From Clostridiales bacterium UBA4706 (GTDB lineage: Bacteria; Bacillota; Clostridia; Oscillospirales; Oscillospiraceae), in assembly GCA_002404605.1 (NCBI GenBank), contig DHKA01000080.1:1-57056 (forward strand): DNA of 57,056 nt, in the 5' to 3' direction. The notes below the pieces were generated by a model. It saw only the letters and a program-made list of their open reading frames with translations, ran no database searches and had not been told where the DNA came from. Of the stretch, positions 8,603 through 17,899 are shown in pieces. Within the stretch, counting starts at the first letter, position 1; each line of letters begins with the position of its first letter. The position numbers were made by a program, and so were the translations under genes.

Positions 8603-11071
8603 ATGAACGACCGATTTACCGAAAAGGCGAGGAATGCCATTGAAAAGGCGCGTGCCGCCGCCATGGAGCTTGGCCACAGCTACATCGGCACCGAGCACCT
8701 TCTGCTCGGCATCGTGCGCGAAAATGATGCGCTCGGCTCGCGCGTGCTGCGCGGAAACGGCTTCGAGGAAGATCTTGTGATGGATCTCATCGAAAAGACC
8801 GCCGGCCGCGGCGCACCGGGCATGCCGGTGCAGGGGCTGACGCCGCGCTGCAAGCGCGTTATCGAGATCGCCGTGGCGGAGGCCAACCGTCTGCGCCACA
8901 GCTATGTCGGCACGGAGCATCTGCTCATGGGCATCTTGCGCGAGCCGGAGAGCACCGCCGCGCATCTTTTGACCGCCGCCGGCGGCGATCTCAACAAGAT
9001 CTATACGGATGTTTTCACCCGCTTTAGTTCGAGCGACTACCGCGCCGCGGCGCGCAGCGGCGGCGTCGGGCAGCGCACGGCGGTGCGCCATGCGGAAACA
9101 AAGAATCTCGACCAGTACAGCCGTGATCTCACGGAGATGGCCTCGCGCGGCGAGCTGGACCCCGTGATCGGGCGCGACAAAGAGATCGCGCGCGTCATCC
9201 AGATCCTCTCGCGCCGGTCGAAGAATAACCCGGTGCTCATCGGCGAGCCGGGCGTTGGCAAGACCGCCGTGGCCGAGGGGCTCGCCCAGCGCGTCGCCCA
9301 CGGCGAGGTGCCGGAAAATCTGCGCGACAAGCGCATCGTATCGCTCGATCTCACCGGGATGCTCGCCGGGACAAAGTACCGCGGCGATTTTGAGGACCGG
9401 CTGAAAAACGTTCTCAAGGAGGTCGGCAAGGCGAAGGACGTTGTGCTCTTCATCGACGAGCTGCACACCGTGATCGGCGCGGGCGCGGCGGAGGGAGCGA
9501 TCGACGCGGCGAATATCCTGAAGCCCGCGCTCAGCCGCGGCGAGATCCAGATCGTCGGTGCGACGACGCTCTCCGAATACCGCAAGCATATCGAAAAGGA
9601 CGCCGCCTTTGAGCGGCGCTTCCAGCCGGTCACGGTCGCCGAGCCGACGGAGGACGAGAGCTTTCAGATCCTGCGCGGCCTGCGCGACCGGTACGAAGCG
9701 CACCACGGCCTGAAGATCACGGACGAGGCTCTCACCGCCGCGGTGAAGCTCTCCGCGCGGTATATCAGCGACCGGTTTCTCCCGGACAAGGCGATCGATC
9801 TCGTGGATGAGGCCGCGTCGCGCGTGCGCATGGAAAACCTGACTGCTCCGGACGAGATGAAGACCATCGAGGCGAAGCTCGCAACGCTGTCCGCCCAGAA
9901 GGAGGAGGCCGTCCGCGCGCAGGACTATGAGCTTGCCGCGCAGCTGCGAGACCGCGAGCGCTCCGAGCGGGGCGCGCTGGAAAAGGCGCGCGGCGAATGG
10001 GATGCCGAGCGCGGCGGACACCGCGGCGTTGTGTCCGCCGAGGACATCGCCGCAGTCGTCTCCGGATGGACGGGCATTCCCGTCACAAGTCTCAACGAGA
10101 GCGAGAGCGAGCGGCTGCTGCATATGGAGGATGTGCTGCATCGCCGTGTGATCGGGCAGAACGAAGCGGTCGCGGCGGTGGCGCGCGCCATCCGGCGCGG
10201 CAGAGTCGGGCTCAAGGACCCGCACCGGCCCGTCGGGAGCTTTCTCTTCCTCGGCCCTACGGGCGTTGGCAAGACGGAGCTCTGCCGCGCGCTCGCCGAG
10301 GCGATGTTCGGCGATGAGAACGCCATGATCCGTGTCGATATGTCCGAGTATATGGAAAAGCACACGGTATCGAAGCTCATCGGCTCGCCGCCGGGCTACG
10401 TCGGCTTTGACGAGGGCGGCCAGCTTACCGAAAAGGTGCGCCGCAAGCCCTACAGCGTTGTGCTCTTCGACGAGATCGAAAAGGCGCACGAGGACGTGTT
10501 CAACCTGCTCTTGCAGATCATGGACGACGGGCGGCTCACCGATTCGCAGGGGCGGACCGTCGATTTCCGCAATACCGTGATCGTGATGACATCGAACATC
10601 GGTGCGCGCGCCATCACGGACCGCCGTGCGGCGCTCGGTTTCTCCGGGCTGGAGGGCACGCCGGAGCGGAGCTATGCAGAGATCCGCGAGGCGGTGACAG
10701 CCGAACTCAAAAAGACGTTCCGGCCGGAATTTTTGAACCGCATCGACGAGATCATCGTTTTCCACCGGCTCACCGGCGAGGACATCCGCGCCATTGCCGG
10801 GAACATGGTGCAGACGGTGGCGCTGCGCGCCGCCGCGCTCGGCGTCCATCTCACGGTGACGCCCGAGGCGGTCGCCAGGCTCGCCGAGGCCGGGTACGAC
10901 CCGGATTACGGCGCGCGTCCTCTTCGGCGCACGGTGCAGACGCAGCTCGAAGACCCGCTCGCCGAAGCGCTGCTCACCGGGGAGCTTTCCTCCGGCGGGG
11001 AAGCGGAGGCGGTCGTGGACGAGACCGGACACGTCGCGGTGCGTGCCAAGGGCGCGCTCACGGCGTCGTGA
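8603..11071 (+). CDS. clpC: ATP-dependent Clp protease ATP-binding subunit ClpC
   Basis: Clp_N repeats, two Walker A motifs ([16 protein letters not shown]), a UVR-like middle domain. Start at ATG 8603 (MNDRFTEKA). Confidence 0.95.
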   Translation: MNDRFTEKARNAIEKARAAAMELGHSYIGTEHLLLGIVRENDALGSRVLRGNGFEEDLVMDLIEKTAGRGAPGMPVQGLTPRCKRVIEIAVAEANRLRHSYVGTEHLLMGILREPESTAAHLLTAAGGDLNKIYTDVFTRFSSSDYRAAARSGGVGQRTAVRHAETKNLDQYSRDLTEMASRGELDPVIGRDKEIARVIQILSRRSKNNPVLIGEPGVGKTAVAEGLAQRVAHGEVPENLRDKRIVSLDLTGMLAGTKYRGDFEDRLKNVLKEVGKAKDVVLFIDELHTVIGAGAAEGAIDAANILKPALSRGEIQIVGATTLSEYRKHIEKDAAFERRFQPVTVAEPTEDESFQILRGLRDRYEAHHGLKITDEALTAAVKLSARYISDRFLPDKAIDLVDEAASRVRMENLTAPDEMKTIEAKLATLSAQKEEAVRAQDYELAAQLRDRERSERGALEKARGEWDAERGGHRGVVSAEDIAAVVSGWTGIPVTSLNESESERLLHMEDVLHRRVIGQNEAVAAVARAIRRGRVGLKDPHRPVGSFLFLGPTGVGKTELCRALAEAMFGDENAMIRVDMSEYMEKHTVSKLIGSPPGYVGFDEGGQLTEKVRRKPYSVVLFDEIEKAHEDVFNLLLQIMDDGRLTDSQGRTVDFRNTVIVMTSNIGARAITDRRAALGFSGLEGTPERSYAEIREAVTAELKKTFRPEFLNRIDEIIVFHRLTGEDIRAIAGNMVQTVALRAAALGVHLTVTPEAVARLAEAGYDPDYGARPLRRTVQTQLEDPLAEALLTGELSSGGEAEAVVDETGHVAVRAKGALTAS

Positions 11072-12065
11072 GCGAAGTGCCGGGGTAGTAGTGCGTTAAG
11101 ATCTCCTGCCACGTCGAACCGTTTTTCGCCATGACGTTTGCCCCGTACTGGCTCATGCCCGCGCCGTGGCCGCTGCCGGAAACGGTGAAGAGAAAGCTGC
11201 GTCCCGTCCACGTGAGCGTGAAGTTTGCCGAGCGCAGCGAGAAGATCGAGCGCATTTTCGTCCCCGGTACGGAGACATCCCCGACGCGGACGGAAGATAC
11301 GCGCCCGCTCGGATCGACCGTCCGCTCGCCGACCCAGTCCGGCGGCTGGGCGGAGAGATCGGCGTTTGGATACGCCGCAAGGAATTTTTCCCGGAAGCTC
11401 TCCGGGGAGAACTCCGCGGTCGTGACGAAATTGGGAACGTCTGAGGCCGTTTCGGGGCTCGAAACGCTTACGAGATACGGCACGTCGCCGCCCCACACGG
11501 CGGCGCCGCTCTCGGTATACCCGGCGCTGGAGGCGTGAAAGCACGCGGTGATCGGTTCGCCGTCATAGACGAGATACGCCCCGTCCGTATCGCGCACGGC
11601 CTCTTCGATCCGCGTTTCCCAGAGATCGTACTGCTCGCCCCAGCGCTCGCGGCGCTCTTCGACCGTGAGGTATACCTCGCAGCAGCCGGGGTCATCGCAT
11701 AGGGCGCACTGCGGGTGCGCCGCCGGGGGCGCGCTGGCGCGCGCGAGCGCATAGCTTCGCGCGGCGGCGGCCTGCGCGCGAAGCGCGTCCGGCTCAAAGG
11801 ACGCCGGCATCTCCCCGGCGACGACGCCGGGGAGGTATTCCGCCATGGAGAGCGTTTCCACCGCGCCGCCGCGCAGCAGCGTGACGCCCGTGAGAGCGTC
11901 GCTTCCAGCAAAGATAGGTGCGGGCGTCTCCGGCGCGGCGGACGCGGCGGGGGATACCTCCGGCAGCGCCTTGCCCCCGGAGATCCCGGCGGCATGCTGC
12001 ACCGTGACCGGCAGCAGCAGAGAAAACAGCAGCGACAACACGCTCATCAGCATACAGCGCTTCAT
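11058..12065 (-). CDS. spoIID: stage II sporulation protein D (SpoIID/LytB lytic transglycosylase)
   Basis: Signal peptide MKRCMLMSVLSLLF; SpoIID-domain blocks (FHASSAGYTES, GHGAGMSQYGA). The 3' end overlaps the clpC 3' end by 14 nt. Confidence 0.85.
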   Translation of the reverse strand: MKRCMLMSVLSLLFSLLLPVTVQHAAGISGGKALPEVSPAASAAPETPAPIFAGSDALTGVTLLRGGAVETLSMAEYLPGVVAGEMPASFEPDALRAQAAAARSYALARASAPPAAHPQCALCDDPGCCEVYLTVEERRERWGEQYDLWETRIEEAVRDTDGAYLVYDGEPITACFHASSAGYTESGAAVWGGDVPYLVSVSSPETASDVPNFVTTAEFSPESFREKFLAAYPNADLSAQPPDWVGERTVDPSGRVSSVRVGDVSVPGTKMRSIFSLRSANFTLTWTGRSFLFTVSGSGHGAGMSQYGANVMAKNGSTWQEILTHYYPGTSLTTP

Positions 12066-12183
12066 AGTTACCCCTCTCTTGACGATAATCCAAAAGGAGT
12101 ATAAAATACCATTCATACTCCCTCGTTCCCGGCACCGGATAAGCGGCGCTCACGGGAAACTTTATGAGGACAGGGGCTTTCCT

Positions 12184-12954
12184 ATGCAGAAAAACGCATG
12201 GACATATACGATGGCAGGGACGGTGTTTGCCGCGGCCGCCGTCATGCTGCGCTGGCTTCAGGTGCAGACGATTTTCGACGCCGAGACCGGTCTTCCGGCG
12301 CTTCACGCGCCGATCACGACGCTGCTCGTCACGGTGCTTATTCTCGTTGCTGCGGCGCTATGGTGGCTCTCGGGCCGCATGAAGACCGATTGCGCGCCGG
12401 AAGAGCCGGAGGACGCGCTCGCCCTGCCGCACCGCGAGACCGGCTGGATCCTCATCGTGGCGGCGGTGCTCGCCGCGTTCGGCTCGGCGTACCTCTTCTT
12501 CAAGGAGGAGAGCACGCTTATGAAGGCCGCGGCGCTGCTCGGCATCCTGTCTGCGCCCGTGCTCGCCATGATGCCGCAGCTTCCCCGCTGGGGCGGCTTC
12601 GGTGCGGCGCTCAGCGTGCTGCCGGTGCTGTTCTTCTGCCTGTGGCTCGTGGTGTTCTATAAGGAAAACGCTGCGAATCCGATCCTCTGGGAATACGGCA
12701 TGGAGATCCTTGCGATCGCCATGTGCCTGCTTGCGGTGTTCCGGCTGAGCGCGTATCTTTTCTACCGCGCCAAGCCGCGCCGGGCGATCTTCGCGTGCAT
12801 GCTTGCGCTCGTAACGAGCCTCGCCACGCTCACCGACAGCATATCCTTCGGCGCGCGCGCCGTGCTCGGCGGCTGGGGCATCGGCGTGGCGGTCATGTGC
12901 TGGATCATCATCAACAATTTTGTCCCCCCTGCGCCGGAGGAAGATACATATTGA
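12184..12954 (+). CDS. hypothetical polytopic membrane protein
   Basis: ORF 11845..12954. Start taken at ATG 12184 (MQKNAWTYTMAG...). Six or more hydrophobic segments; no family recognised. Confidence 0.55.
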   Translation: MQKNAWTYTMAGTVFAAAAVMLRWLQVQTIFDAETGLPALHAPITTLLVTVLILVAAALWWLSGRMKTDCAPEEPEDALALPHRETGWILIVAAVLAAFGSAYLFFKEESTLMKAAALLGILSAPVLAMMPQLPRWGGFGAALSVLPVLFFCLWLVVFYKENAANPILWEYGMEILAIAMCLLAVFRLSAYLFYRAKPRRAIFACMLALVTSLATLTDSISFGARAVLGGWGIGVAVMCWIIINNFVPPAPEEDTY

Positions 12955-13146
12955 GCCTGTCAAACGAGACCCGCTACGCTTACGCTTCGTTTGAAAAAGC
13001 TGCGGCTCGCCGCAGCGCACTCGCTACGCTCGCACGTTTGCGAGCCGAGAAGTATTTTTGCCGACGTACATGCCGCCGGCAAAAATGTTTTGAAATTCAT
13101 TTGCGCCTGCGGGCGCAAACTCTGCGAGGCGTCTTTGACAAATTGA

Positions 13147-13183
13147 ATTGCCCGCCGGAATGGATGTCCCGGCGGGCAATTTT
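13147..13183. terminator. bidirectional terminator hairpin
   Basis: ATTGCCCGCCGG / CCGGCGGGCAAT 12-bp stem followed by TTT. Lies between convergent genes. Confidence 0.65.
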
Positions 13184-13192
13184 GCGCTTTCC

Positions 13193-14026
13193 TTATTTCG
13201 TATGCACCGTGAGCTGGGGATAGGGGATGTCGATACCCTTTTCATCGAAGAGCAGCTTGAGTGAGCGGTTGAGCGCGCGCCGCGCGAAAAAGATGTTCTC
13301 CTCCGTCGAGGAGACGATGAATTTGAGCACAACGCCGCTCTCGGCGAGCTCATCCACGCCGATATACTGTGGCACATCGAGAAATACATCGCGATTTTCC
13401 TCAAACATGGCGGGCAGCGCGTCGGCGATCACGGCTTCCACGGCGCGGAGGTCGGCATCGTAGCCGATGGAGATCGTGCTCACCGCCACGGAGGTTTTCT
13501 GCGAGCGGTTCTGGAAATTCCGGATCTCGGAGTTGTTGATGATCTTGCGGTTTCCGCCGACATCCTCGAGCGTTGTGGTACGCACGCTGATATCCACGAC
13601 CTTGCCGCGGAAATCGTCGAGCACAAGAATGTCGCCGACATTATAGCGCCCCTCGGCAATGAGAAAAATGCCCGTGAGCACGTCTTCGATGAGCGACTGC
13701 GCGCCGAAGCCGATGATCAGCGTCACAACGCCGACGCTCGCAAGCGAGGCCGTCACGTCCACGCCGAGCGCCCGCAGCCCGAAAAAGACCGAGAGGAGCA
13801 CCGCCGTATAGGAGAGAATGCTTCGCGCGAGCGAGCACACCGTCCGTGCGCGCGTCTCCTTCGGCAGCTTCAAAAGCAGAGCGGTCACGCTGTAGCCGAT
13901 CCAGATGAAGCCAAGGTGACGGCACATATCAGCCAATCCCGGCGTGAACGGGCGCAGAGCATAGCCCAGCGCGCAGAGGACAACGGAAACGATCAGCAGA
14001 ACGGGGGATTTCTTTGCGGATTTCAT
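13193..14026 (-). CDS. mscS: small-conductance mechanosensitive channel (MscS family)
   Basis: LIIGFGAQSLIEDVLTGIFLIAEGRYNVGDIL...G.V.DIS.R.T.L is the MscS pore/beta-domain signature. Confidence 0.85.
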   Translation of the reverse strand: MKSAKKSPVLLIVSVVLCALGYALRPFTPGLADMCRHLGFIWIGYSVTALLLKLPKETRARTVCSLARSILSYTAVLLSVFFGLRALGVDVTASLASVGVVTLIIGFGAQSLIEDVLTGIFLIAEGRYNVGDILVLDDFRGKVVDISVRTTTLEDVGGNRKIINNSEIRNFQNRSQKTSVAVSTISIGYDADLRAVEAVIADALPAMFEENRDVFLDVPQYIGVDELAESGVVLKFIVSSTEENIFFARRALNRSLKLLFDEKGIDIPYPQLTVHTK

Positions 14027-14940
14027 GAAGCGGCCTCCTTATGCGGCGTAGTTCGGACGGTCTCGGCAAAGTCGAAAGGCTCGGTCTCGCCGTCCGGAAG
14101 GAAATATACGTGGATAGTCACAAGCTCATCGTGTTCCTCTGGAAGGGGGAGTGTAACAAGGTTGCTGTATTCGTTTTTCTCGGCGGACGCGGCGGATGGA
14201 TCAAAGCCCTCGATCTCCGGCCAGATGCAGACGGTATCCTCGTCGAGAAGTGAGAGATCGTCTCCGACAACGGCGTCGGGGATCGTACCTCCCTCGGTCG
14301 CTATAAGATAAACGCTCACCGCGTCGCTCTCGGCGTCATAACCGCAGGCAATCGTGAAGCGCTGCGCTTCAGCGCGCTCGGAGGAAAGCGTCTCCACGCG
14401 CCCGTCGGCGTGCGTGATCGTAACGCGCACGGAGAGCGTACACTCCACGGCATTATCGGTATAAAACTCCGGATGCGCCTCGCGTACGGAGTGAGTTTCG
14501 CGCATCACGCGGTATTCGCCGCTTTCAATGGCTTCCGCGGAGATGGGAAGCGTGTTTTCCTCGTCCGGGAAATTGGGATCAAAAAATGTGATCTCGGCGG
14601 AAACGATGCCCTCCGGCGCGGGGAAGCGCACCTCGGCCTCGCAGAGCGAGGCGAACGAAAGAAACCGCAGCTCCGAATCCGGCGCTGGAGCGGGTCTTTC
14701 CGCAGGCGCGGGCGCAACACTTGCGACCGGCTCCGGTTCCGGTGCCGGTGTCTCGGCAGACGGCTTTGCCAGCGCGAGAAACGGCAGCAGCAGCGCCGCG
14801 GCGGCGAGCGGCGCGTATTTCTTCCGGCGGCTGCGCTTCGGCTCGTAGGGCGGCTCGTATTCGTGCGTTGTCGGATAGGCTTCCGGTGCGGTGGGAGAGC
14901 ACAGAGACTTTTCCGAGCTGTATTCGTAAATATCGGCGAT
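14023..14940 (-). CDS. hypothetical single-pass membrane protein with Pro-rich linker; start codon uncertain (possible ATC)
   Basis: ORF 14023..14631 continues in frame upstream through a TM segment (YAPLAAAALLLPFLALA) to ATC 14940. That codon sits 9 nt after AGGAGG and has a TGA two codons upstream. ATGA overlap with mscS. Confidence 0.5.
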   Translation of the reverse strand: MADIYEYSSEKSLCSPTAPEAYPTTHEYEPPYEPKRSRRKKYAPLAAAALLLPFLALAKPSAETPAPEPEPVASVAPAPAERPAPAPDSELRFLSFASLCEAEVRFPAPEGIVSAEITFFDPNFPDEENTLPISAEAIESGEYRVMRETHSVREAHPEFYTDNAVECTLSVRVTITHADGRVETLSSERAEAQRFTIACGYDAESDAVSVYLIATEGGTIPDAVVGDDLSLLDEDTVCIWPEIEGFDPSAASAEKNEYSNLVTLPLPEEHDELVTIHVYFLPDGETEPFDFAETVRTTPHKEAAS

Positions 14941-15301
14941 GGCGGCTCACCTCCTAAGGATGAGATAAACTATTTTATCATTTTCCCGCGGCGTGTGCAA
15001 CAAAAAAGGCGTTACCGTTTTGTTAAAAACGGCAGCGCCGGAGTCCTTTGATTGGTTAAATACTCCAACTGTGTGAAAAACTGGAGTTGACGAACAGTCT
15101 CTTCGCGGTTTTCCGATGAGGATGATAGGTGCTCTCATATAAGTGCGGGATTAAATGACGGGAAAACCGGGCGATCGGGTTAAACTTACCTGCATTCATA
15201 TACGAATCCGATATTTTGCGGCTGGAATCAATACCCTTTTTCTATTTCCCCCTACAGTTACTACCAGGATTATACTAAAAAAGGATTCCCGAAAGGAAGA
15301 A

Positions 15302-16564
15302 ATGCCCATGGGAAAACCTGCATCCGAGCAGAATGACCCGTGGGAACGACCGGAGAAAGCGGGACACGGCGAAAAACCGACTATTTTGAAGAGGGAGAGT
15401 ATGAAATTGGAAACATCAAAGGAAACGAAAGGCTTTTCAAGGTACTTAAAAGAGCAGAATATTGAATTCTCTGTTAAGCGTATCTTTATCGACGGCATGG
15501 GTGCAATGGCACACGGTCTTTTTTGCTCTCTGTTGATCGGCTGCATTATTAACACCATTGGAACGTGGGTTCCCTTGCTGAACAAGATCGTTGTGAACCC
15601 CTGGGGCTCGGAGGTGCTGGCTGGCGCCAACCTTCTGATACAGTCGAAAACCGCCTGCTATGCCGTTCAGGGTGCGGCTATGGGCGTGGCCATTGCGTAC
15701 AGTATGAAAGCCTCCCCGTTCATTATTTACTCCTGCTGCGCAGTCGGCTACGCTGCCAATGCGCTCGCCGGTGCTGGAGGACCGTTGGCGGTCTTCTTTG
15801 TCGTGATCTGTGCCGTTTTCTGCGGAAAGCTTGTCTCCAAGCGCACGCCGCTGGATATTATTGTGACGCCGTTCGTCACCGTAGTCTCCGGCGTTCTGGT
15901 CGCCTACCTGATCGCTCCCCCCATTGGAGAGCTGGCCCAGGCGCTTGGCACTCTGGTTATGAAAGCAACGAAGCTGGCCCCCTTCCCCATGGGAATTCTC
16001 TGCTCCGCTCTCATGGGCATTCTTCTCACGCTGCCCATCTCCTCTGCTGCCATCTGCGCCGGTCTTGGACTGGCCGGACTTGCCGGCGGCGCCTGTGTTG
16101 CCGGCTGCTGTTGCCACATGGTCGGTTTTGCGGTTCTTTCTTACAAGGATAACGGCATCAACGGCCTTTTCTCCGTTGGCCTCGGTACATCCATGCTGCA
16201 GGTTCCGAACCTGATCCGCAAGCCGATCCTCTGGCTGCCTCCGGTCGTTGCTTCCATAATCAGCGGCCCGATCGCAACCTGCATTTTCAAATTGCAGAAC
16301 AACGGCCTTCCTATCAACAACGGTATGGGAACTTCCGGACTTTGCGGCCAGATCGGTACCATTACCGGCTGGTTTTCTCCGGCGGTTGAAGAAAATCTGG
16401 CTCTCGGTATCGATTTCGCTGCCGTGAATGCCAATATGGGTATGCAGTGGGCAGGACTCATCCTCTGCTCGTTCGTTCTGCCCGTTGTTTTCACTTTGCC
16501 GGTCTACGCGCTTTTGAAGAAAAAGGGACTTATTAAAGCCGGAGATTACAAGCTCGATCTGTAA
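15302..16564 (+). CDS. PTS EIIC-like permease (PTS_EIIC_2-type), orphan
   Basis: FIDGMGAMAHGLFCSLLIGCIINTIG and Gly-rich polytopic sequence resemble PTS_EIIC_2. No EIIA, EIIB or HPr gene nearby. Start at 15302 or the later MKLETS. Confidence 0.55.
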   Translation: MPMGKPASEQNDPWERPEKAGHGEKPTILKRESMKLETSKETKGFSRYLKEQNIEFSVKRIFIDGMGAMAHGLFCSLLIGCIINTIGTWVPLLNKIVVNPWGSEVLAGANLLIQSKTACYAVQGAAMGVAIAYSMKASPFIIYSCCAVGYAANALAGAGGPLAVFFVVICAVFCGKLVSKRTPLDIIVTPFVTVVSGVLVAYLIAPPIGELAQALGTLVMKATKLAPFPMGILCSALMGILLTLPISSAAICAGLGLAGLAGGACVAGCCCHMVGFAVLSYKDNGINGLFSVGLGTSMLQVPNLIRKPILWLPPVVASIISGPIATCIFKLQNNGLPINNGMGTSGLCGQIGTITGWFSPAVEENLALGIDFAAVNANMGMQWAGLILCSFVLPVVFTLPVYALLKKKGLIKAGDYKLDL

Positions 16565-16722
16565 GCACTCACTTACTGCCGCCGTGCCCCGTCACTCTTT
16601 CAAGGAGAAATCTTTGACCGATTTTAAATTCAGCCATTTCCGCTCAATTGCCGATCAAACGGCAATTGAGCGGAAAAGCATATGGAGGTGTGGATAAAGA
16701 ATTGTGCGTCTCAAGATATGAC

Positions 16723-17541
16723 ATGGCTTTGCCGCAATATTCTGTAAACGATGTTGCGGAATTAACAGGAATATCCGTATATTCCATTCGATATTATGAT
16801 CGGATCGGGCTGGTCGTTCCGAAGCGGGATAATGCCGGACAGCGGGTCTACTCATATTATGATATCTTGGATCTTACACGGCGAAACCACTATAAAGAAA
16901 TGGGGTTTTCCCTTCGCGAAACGGAATGGATGCTGTCGGCATCGTCTGCAGGACAGATAGAGCCTTTTTTGGAAAGAAAGGAATCGGAACTGCGGCGTCA
17001 GACGCTTTTGCTGAACATGGCAGAGCATAATCTTAAAAGCTTGTCGAAACAAATGAAACGTTTGCGCTTATTTCTCAATAAAATTACCGTTTTGGAGCGG
17101 CCTTCCTGCTGGCACGTCCCGCATAGCCGCGACGGCATCGTATGCCAGCAGGAAGGGAGCAGAAAGGCAAGAGAACTGACCGGCAATTCGCTTTACACCT
17201 TTTTCTTTCCGGAGCCTTCAAGCAACGGCTGGGAGGACTGTGCAAACTGGGATGTGACCATTGATTCGCCCTTTGCCGAGCGGATCGGCTTTGACAGTAT
17301 TCCGGGTAGCTATCACATTCCGGAAGAACTGTGTCTGTATTCAACGTTTGGCGTTCCCGGCACCGAATTTATCCGGAGGGAAGATATCCGTTTTCTTTAT
17401 GAATATGTCGAAGCGAACGGAATGAAGCAAAATGGAACTATTTACGGCCGGGATATCATTAACCGCACGGAAAATGGTGAAATGGTTCGTTACTATGAGG
17501 TCTGGATGCCAATTGCGGAAACAGGGTCAGGCGTGGAGTAA
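16723..17541 (+). CDS. MerR-family regulator with GyrI-like effector-binding C-terminal domain
   Basis: YSVNDVAELTGISVYSIRYYDRIGLV is a MerR HTH. The long C-terminal domain is BmrR/GyrI-like. Confidence 0.8.
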   Translation: MALPQYSVNDVAELTGISVYSIRYYDRIGLVVPKRDNAGQRVYSYYDILDLTRRNHYKEMGFSLRETEWMLSASSAGQIEPFLERKESELRRQTLLLNMAEHNLKSLSKQMKRLRLFLNKITVLERPSCWHVPHSRDGIVCQQEGSRKARELTGNSLYTFFFPEPSSNGWEDCANWDVTIDSPFAERIGFDSIPGSYHIPEELCLYSTFGVPGTEFIRREDIRFLYEYVEANGMKQNGTIYGRDIINRTENGEMVRYYEVWMPIAETGSGVE

Positions 17542-17729
17542 CTCTAAGGTGGAGATGGTTCAGAGCGGCAGATAAACTGCATCATGGCTCTTCAGCTTCG
17601 TCATTGCGTTCCAAAAACAGAGACTTTTCGGAAGTGTTTTTCTACTTGACCAGGCAGTAAGTGTCAGCATTATACTTCTTTTATCGGCGGCGCCGGCTGC
17701 GGCGCGGCTGAAAGGGGTGCCTCCCTGCC

Positions 17730-17767
17730 GGACGGTGTTAAGCGCTGCTACTTAACACCGTCCTTTT
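17730..17767 (+). terminator. intrinsic terminator, about 190 nt after merR
   Basis: GGACGGTGTTAAG-cgctgcta-CTTAACACCGTCC followed by TTTT. Confidence 0.75.
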
Positions 17768-17793
17768 AACATTTTTGCATTTATAGAAAGCGA

Positions 17794-17831
17794 AAAGGAT
17801 CCTGAAAACCGAGCTGTTTCCAGGATCCTTT
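17794..17831 (-). terminator. terminator hairpin for the GH25 gene
   Basis: AAAGGATCCTG / CAGGATCCTTT stem with flanking T/A runs. Confidence 0.6.
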
Positions 17832-17899
17832 GTACGTCTGTGTTCCATTGCGCCGAAAACTCTGCGGACAAGCACGTGGGAAACTAATGGAGGTCTGAT

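Noticed and set aside
7550-11032. 1160-aa ORF on the minus strand spanning ctsR, the mcsA-like gene and clpC
   Set aside because: It lies antisense to genes with unmistakable motifs. Its translation is low-complexity and R/A/G/L/H-rich with no motif. Long stop-free antisense frames are expected in GC-rich coding DNA.
11058-11071. 14-nt overlap of the convergent 3' ends of clpC and spoIID with no terminator between them
   Set aside because: The overlap is real in the sequence. It is a common consequence of compact gene packing, and there is no evidence of function, so it is noted only.
15100-15190. ykkC/guanidine-like or other riboswitch resemblance (GACGGGAAAACCGGGCGA)
   Set aside because: The resemblance is superficial and limited to one GC-rich segment. 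The conserved 5' AGGGTTCCG and GGTCCGAGAG blocks are absent.
15200-15240. RAT-like (BglG/LicT antiterminator target) segment TTACCTGCATTC upstream of the EIIC-like gene
   Set aside because: Only about 11 nt resemble the RAT consensus. The GCAGGCAAAACC half is missing, there is no overlapping terminator, and no PRD-antiterminator gene is nearby.
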